This document shows, one piece after another, positions 62,660 through 64,000 of a stretch of DNA of 64,000 bases. The stretch spans positions 224,001-288,000 of the forward strand of contig CAWHTE010000011.1 in NCBI GenBank assembly GCA_963832165.1, written 5' to 3'. This stretch comes from an uncultured delta proteobacterium (GTDB taxonomy: Bacteria > Myxococcota_A > UBA9160 > SMWR01). The notes below the pieces were generated by a model. That model ran no database searches. It saw only the letters and a list, made by a program, of their open reading frames with translations, and was not told the origin of the DNA. Numbering within the stretch: the first letter of the stretch is position 1; each line of letters begins with the position of its first letter. The position numbers and the translations under genes are program-made.

Positions 62660-63823
62660 ATGAATTCCGGCTTCAAGGTCTTCGACGCCGACGCCCACGT
62701 CGTGGAGCCGCGCGACCTCTGGGAGCGCTTTCTCGACGCGCGCCACCGCCACCGCGTGGGCTGGCGCCAGCCGTTTCCGGGCATGGACCGCTTCCGTCCC
62801 GCGACCGTCGACGGTCGCTACACGCAGAGCCACAAGACGCTGTACGGCAGGCAGCAGGAAGCCGTGCGCTGGACCACCGAGGCGATGACCGCAAAGTACG
62901 GCGAGGTCGTCTCGCGCGGCTTCGACGGCGCGGGCGTCGCGCAGAGCATGCGCCGCGAGGGCGTCGACCTGATGGTGCTCTACGGGCCCGGCTACGACAT
63001 GTGGATCGACGGCATCGACCCCGAGCTCCAGGCGGCGATGGCGCGCGCGTACAACCGCTGGGCCGAGGAGATGCGCGAGACGTCGGGCGGGCGCGTGCTC
63101 GCGGCAGGGCCGGTGCCGCTCTCCGACGTCACGCGCGCGGTGCAGGAGGTGCAGTACGCCTACGAGCACCTGGGCATCCGCTGCTTCTGGGCGCGCCCGA
63201 ACCCGTTCAACCACCGCACGCTCGGCGACCGCTATTTCGACCCGCTCTACGAGCTGCTCGAAGACCTCGACGTCGCATTCGCGACGCACGAGTTCATGGG
63301 GCTCGAGGGACCATCGGCGGGCGCCGACCGCTTCACGAGCTTCGTCGAGTGGCACACCTGCGTCCATCCGATGGAGGCGCAGATGGCGATGCTCTCGATG
63401 ATCGTGAACGGCGTGTACGAGCGCTTCCCGCGCCTGCGCGTCGCCTACATGGAGGCCGGCTGCGGCTGGCTGCCGTCGTGGCTGCACCGGATCGAGGAGC
63501 ACGTCGAGCTCGCGGGCTGGCTCGAGACGCCCGACTGCAAGCGCTCGCCGCTCGAGTACTTCCAGCGCAACTGCTGGATCACCACCGAGCCCGACGAGCC
63601 GCACGCGTATCACGTGATCGACGAGATGGGAGACGGCCGGATCCTGTTCGAGACCGACTATCCCCACCCCGACTCGAAGTACCCGCGCGCCGTCGCGACC
63701 TTCCTCGCCCAGGCGAAGCTCTCCGACGAGAGCAAGCGCAAGATCCTCTGGGACAACGCGGTCGACTTCTACCGCTTCCCCGAGACCCACATGCCCACGG
63801 CCTTCGAAGAGGCGACGGGGTAG
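62660..63823 (+). CDS. Amidohydrolase_2 family protein
   Basis: DADAHVVEP, AYNRW, ERFPRLRVAYMEAGCGW, FETDYPH, NAVDFY. Confidence 0.93.
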   Translation: MNSGFKVFDADAHVVEPRDLWERFLDARHRHRVGWRQPFPGMDRFRPATVDGRYTQSHKTLYGRQQEAVRWTTEAMTAKYGEVVSRGFDGAGVAQSMRREGVDLMVLYGPGYDMWIDGIDPELQAAMARAYNRWAEEMRETSGGRVLAAGPVPLSDVTRAVQEVQYAYEHLGIRCFWARPNPFNHRTLGDRYFDPLYELLEDLDVAFATHEFMGLEGPSAGADRFTSFVEWHTCVHPMEAQMAMLSMIVNGVYERFPRLRVAYMEAGCGWLPSWLHRIEEHVELAGWLETPDCKRSPLEYFQRNCWITTEPDEPHAYHVIDEMGDGRILFETDYPHPDSKYPRAVATFLAQAKLSDESKRKILWDNAVDFYRFPETHMPTAFEEATG

Positions 63824-63826
63824 GCG

Positions 63827-64000
63827 TTGGCGAACCTGAAGAGGCCCTTCGAGGCGATCGACTACACGGCGCTGATGCGTGTGCACGCGCCGCCGCCCGA
63901 GTACTTCGAGAGCGACTGGCTGCTCGCGCCCGAAGAGATCGAGGCGCGCCAGCTCGCCCGGCTGCGCGACCGCGCGCGCCGCGCGTACGCGGTGCCGTTC
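63827..64000 (+). CDS. Partial CDS, probable phenylacetate-CoA ligase-like AMP-binding protein (truncated by window end)
   Basis: TTG start 3 nt after the previous stop; EEIEARQLARLRDRARRAYAVPF resembles PaaK-family N-termini. Confidence 0.55.
   Translation, partial: MANLKRPFEAIDYTALMRVHAPPPEYFESDWLLAPEEIEARQLARLRDRARRAYAVPF

Overview
Gene-dense, very GC-rich bacterial chromosomal segment with about 65 CDS. PEP-CTERM proteins, CYP124/125-like P450s, MMPL and TauD genes suggest a Myxococcota/deltaproteobacterial-type lineage (inference only). No rRNA, tRNA, CRISPR array or prophage is visible. Recognisable housekeeping and metabolic genes are efp, etfB/etfA, gloB, cysE, mrp, ccmH-like, pduO, meaB, meaA/ecm-type mutase, nadA, rmlC, hflX and an ABC-F. 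They are mixed with lipid and xenobiotic metabolism genes: patatin, two acyltransferase/SDR pairs, two P450s, two TauD dioxygenases, a sterol desaturase, MMPL and an amidohydrolase. Eight genes are split by single-base frameshifts, most likely long-read consensus errors. The most notable observations are: (1) a stand-alone HUH/Y1 (RAYT-like) transposase with an apparently leaderless sigma70 promoter, surrounded by four copies of a CTTCCCT(C)A(GAGCC) motif, two of which form imperfect terminal inverted repeats; (2) an exact 27-bp dispersed repeat that is stop-free in all six frames, can fold through GNA triloops and sheared G.A pairs, and has one copy inside the 3' end of a SNF2 helicase gene; (3) an orphan ParA translationally coupled to an acyltransferase and a degenerate SDR; (4) a coupled ABC-F-hflX pair; (5) a structured leader with a sigma54-like promoter ahead of a PEP-CTERM gene. 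Start codons were refined by eye and no database searches were run.
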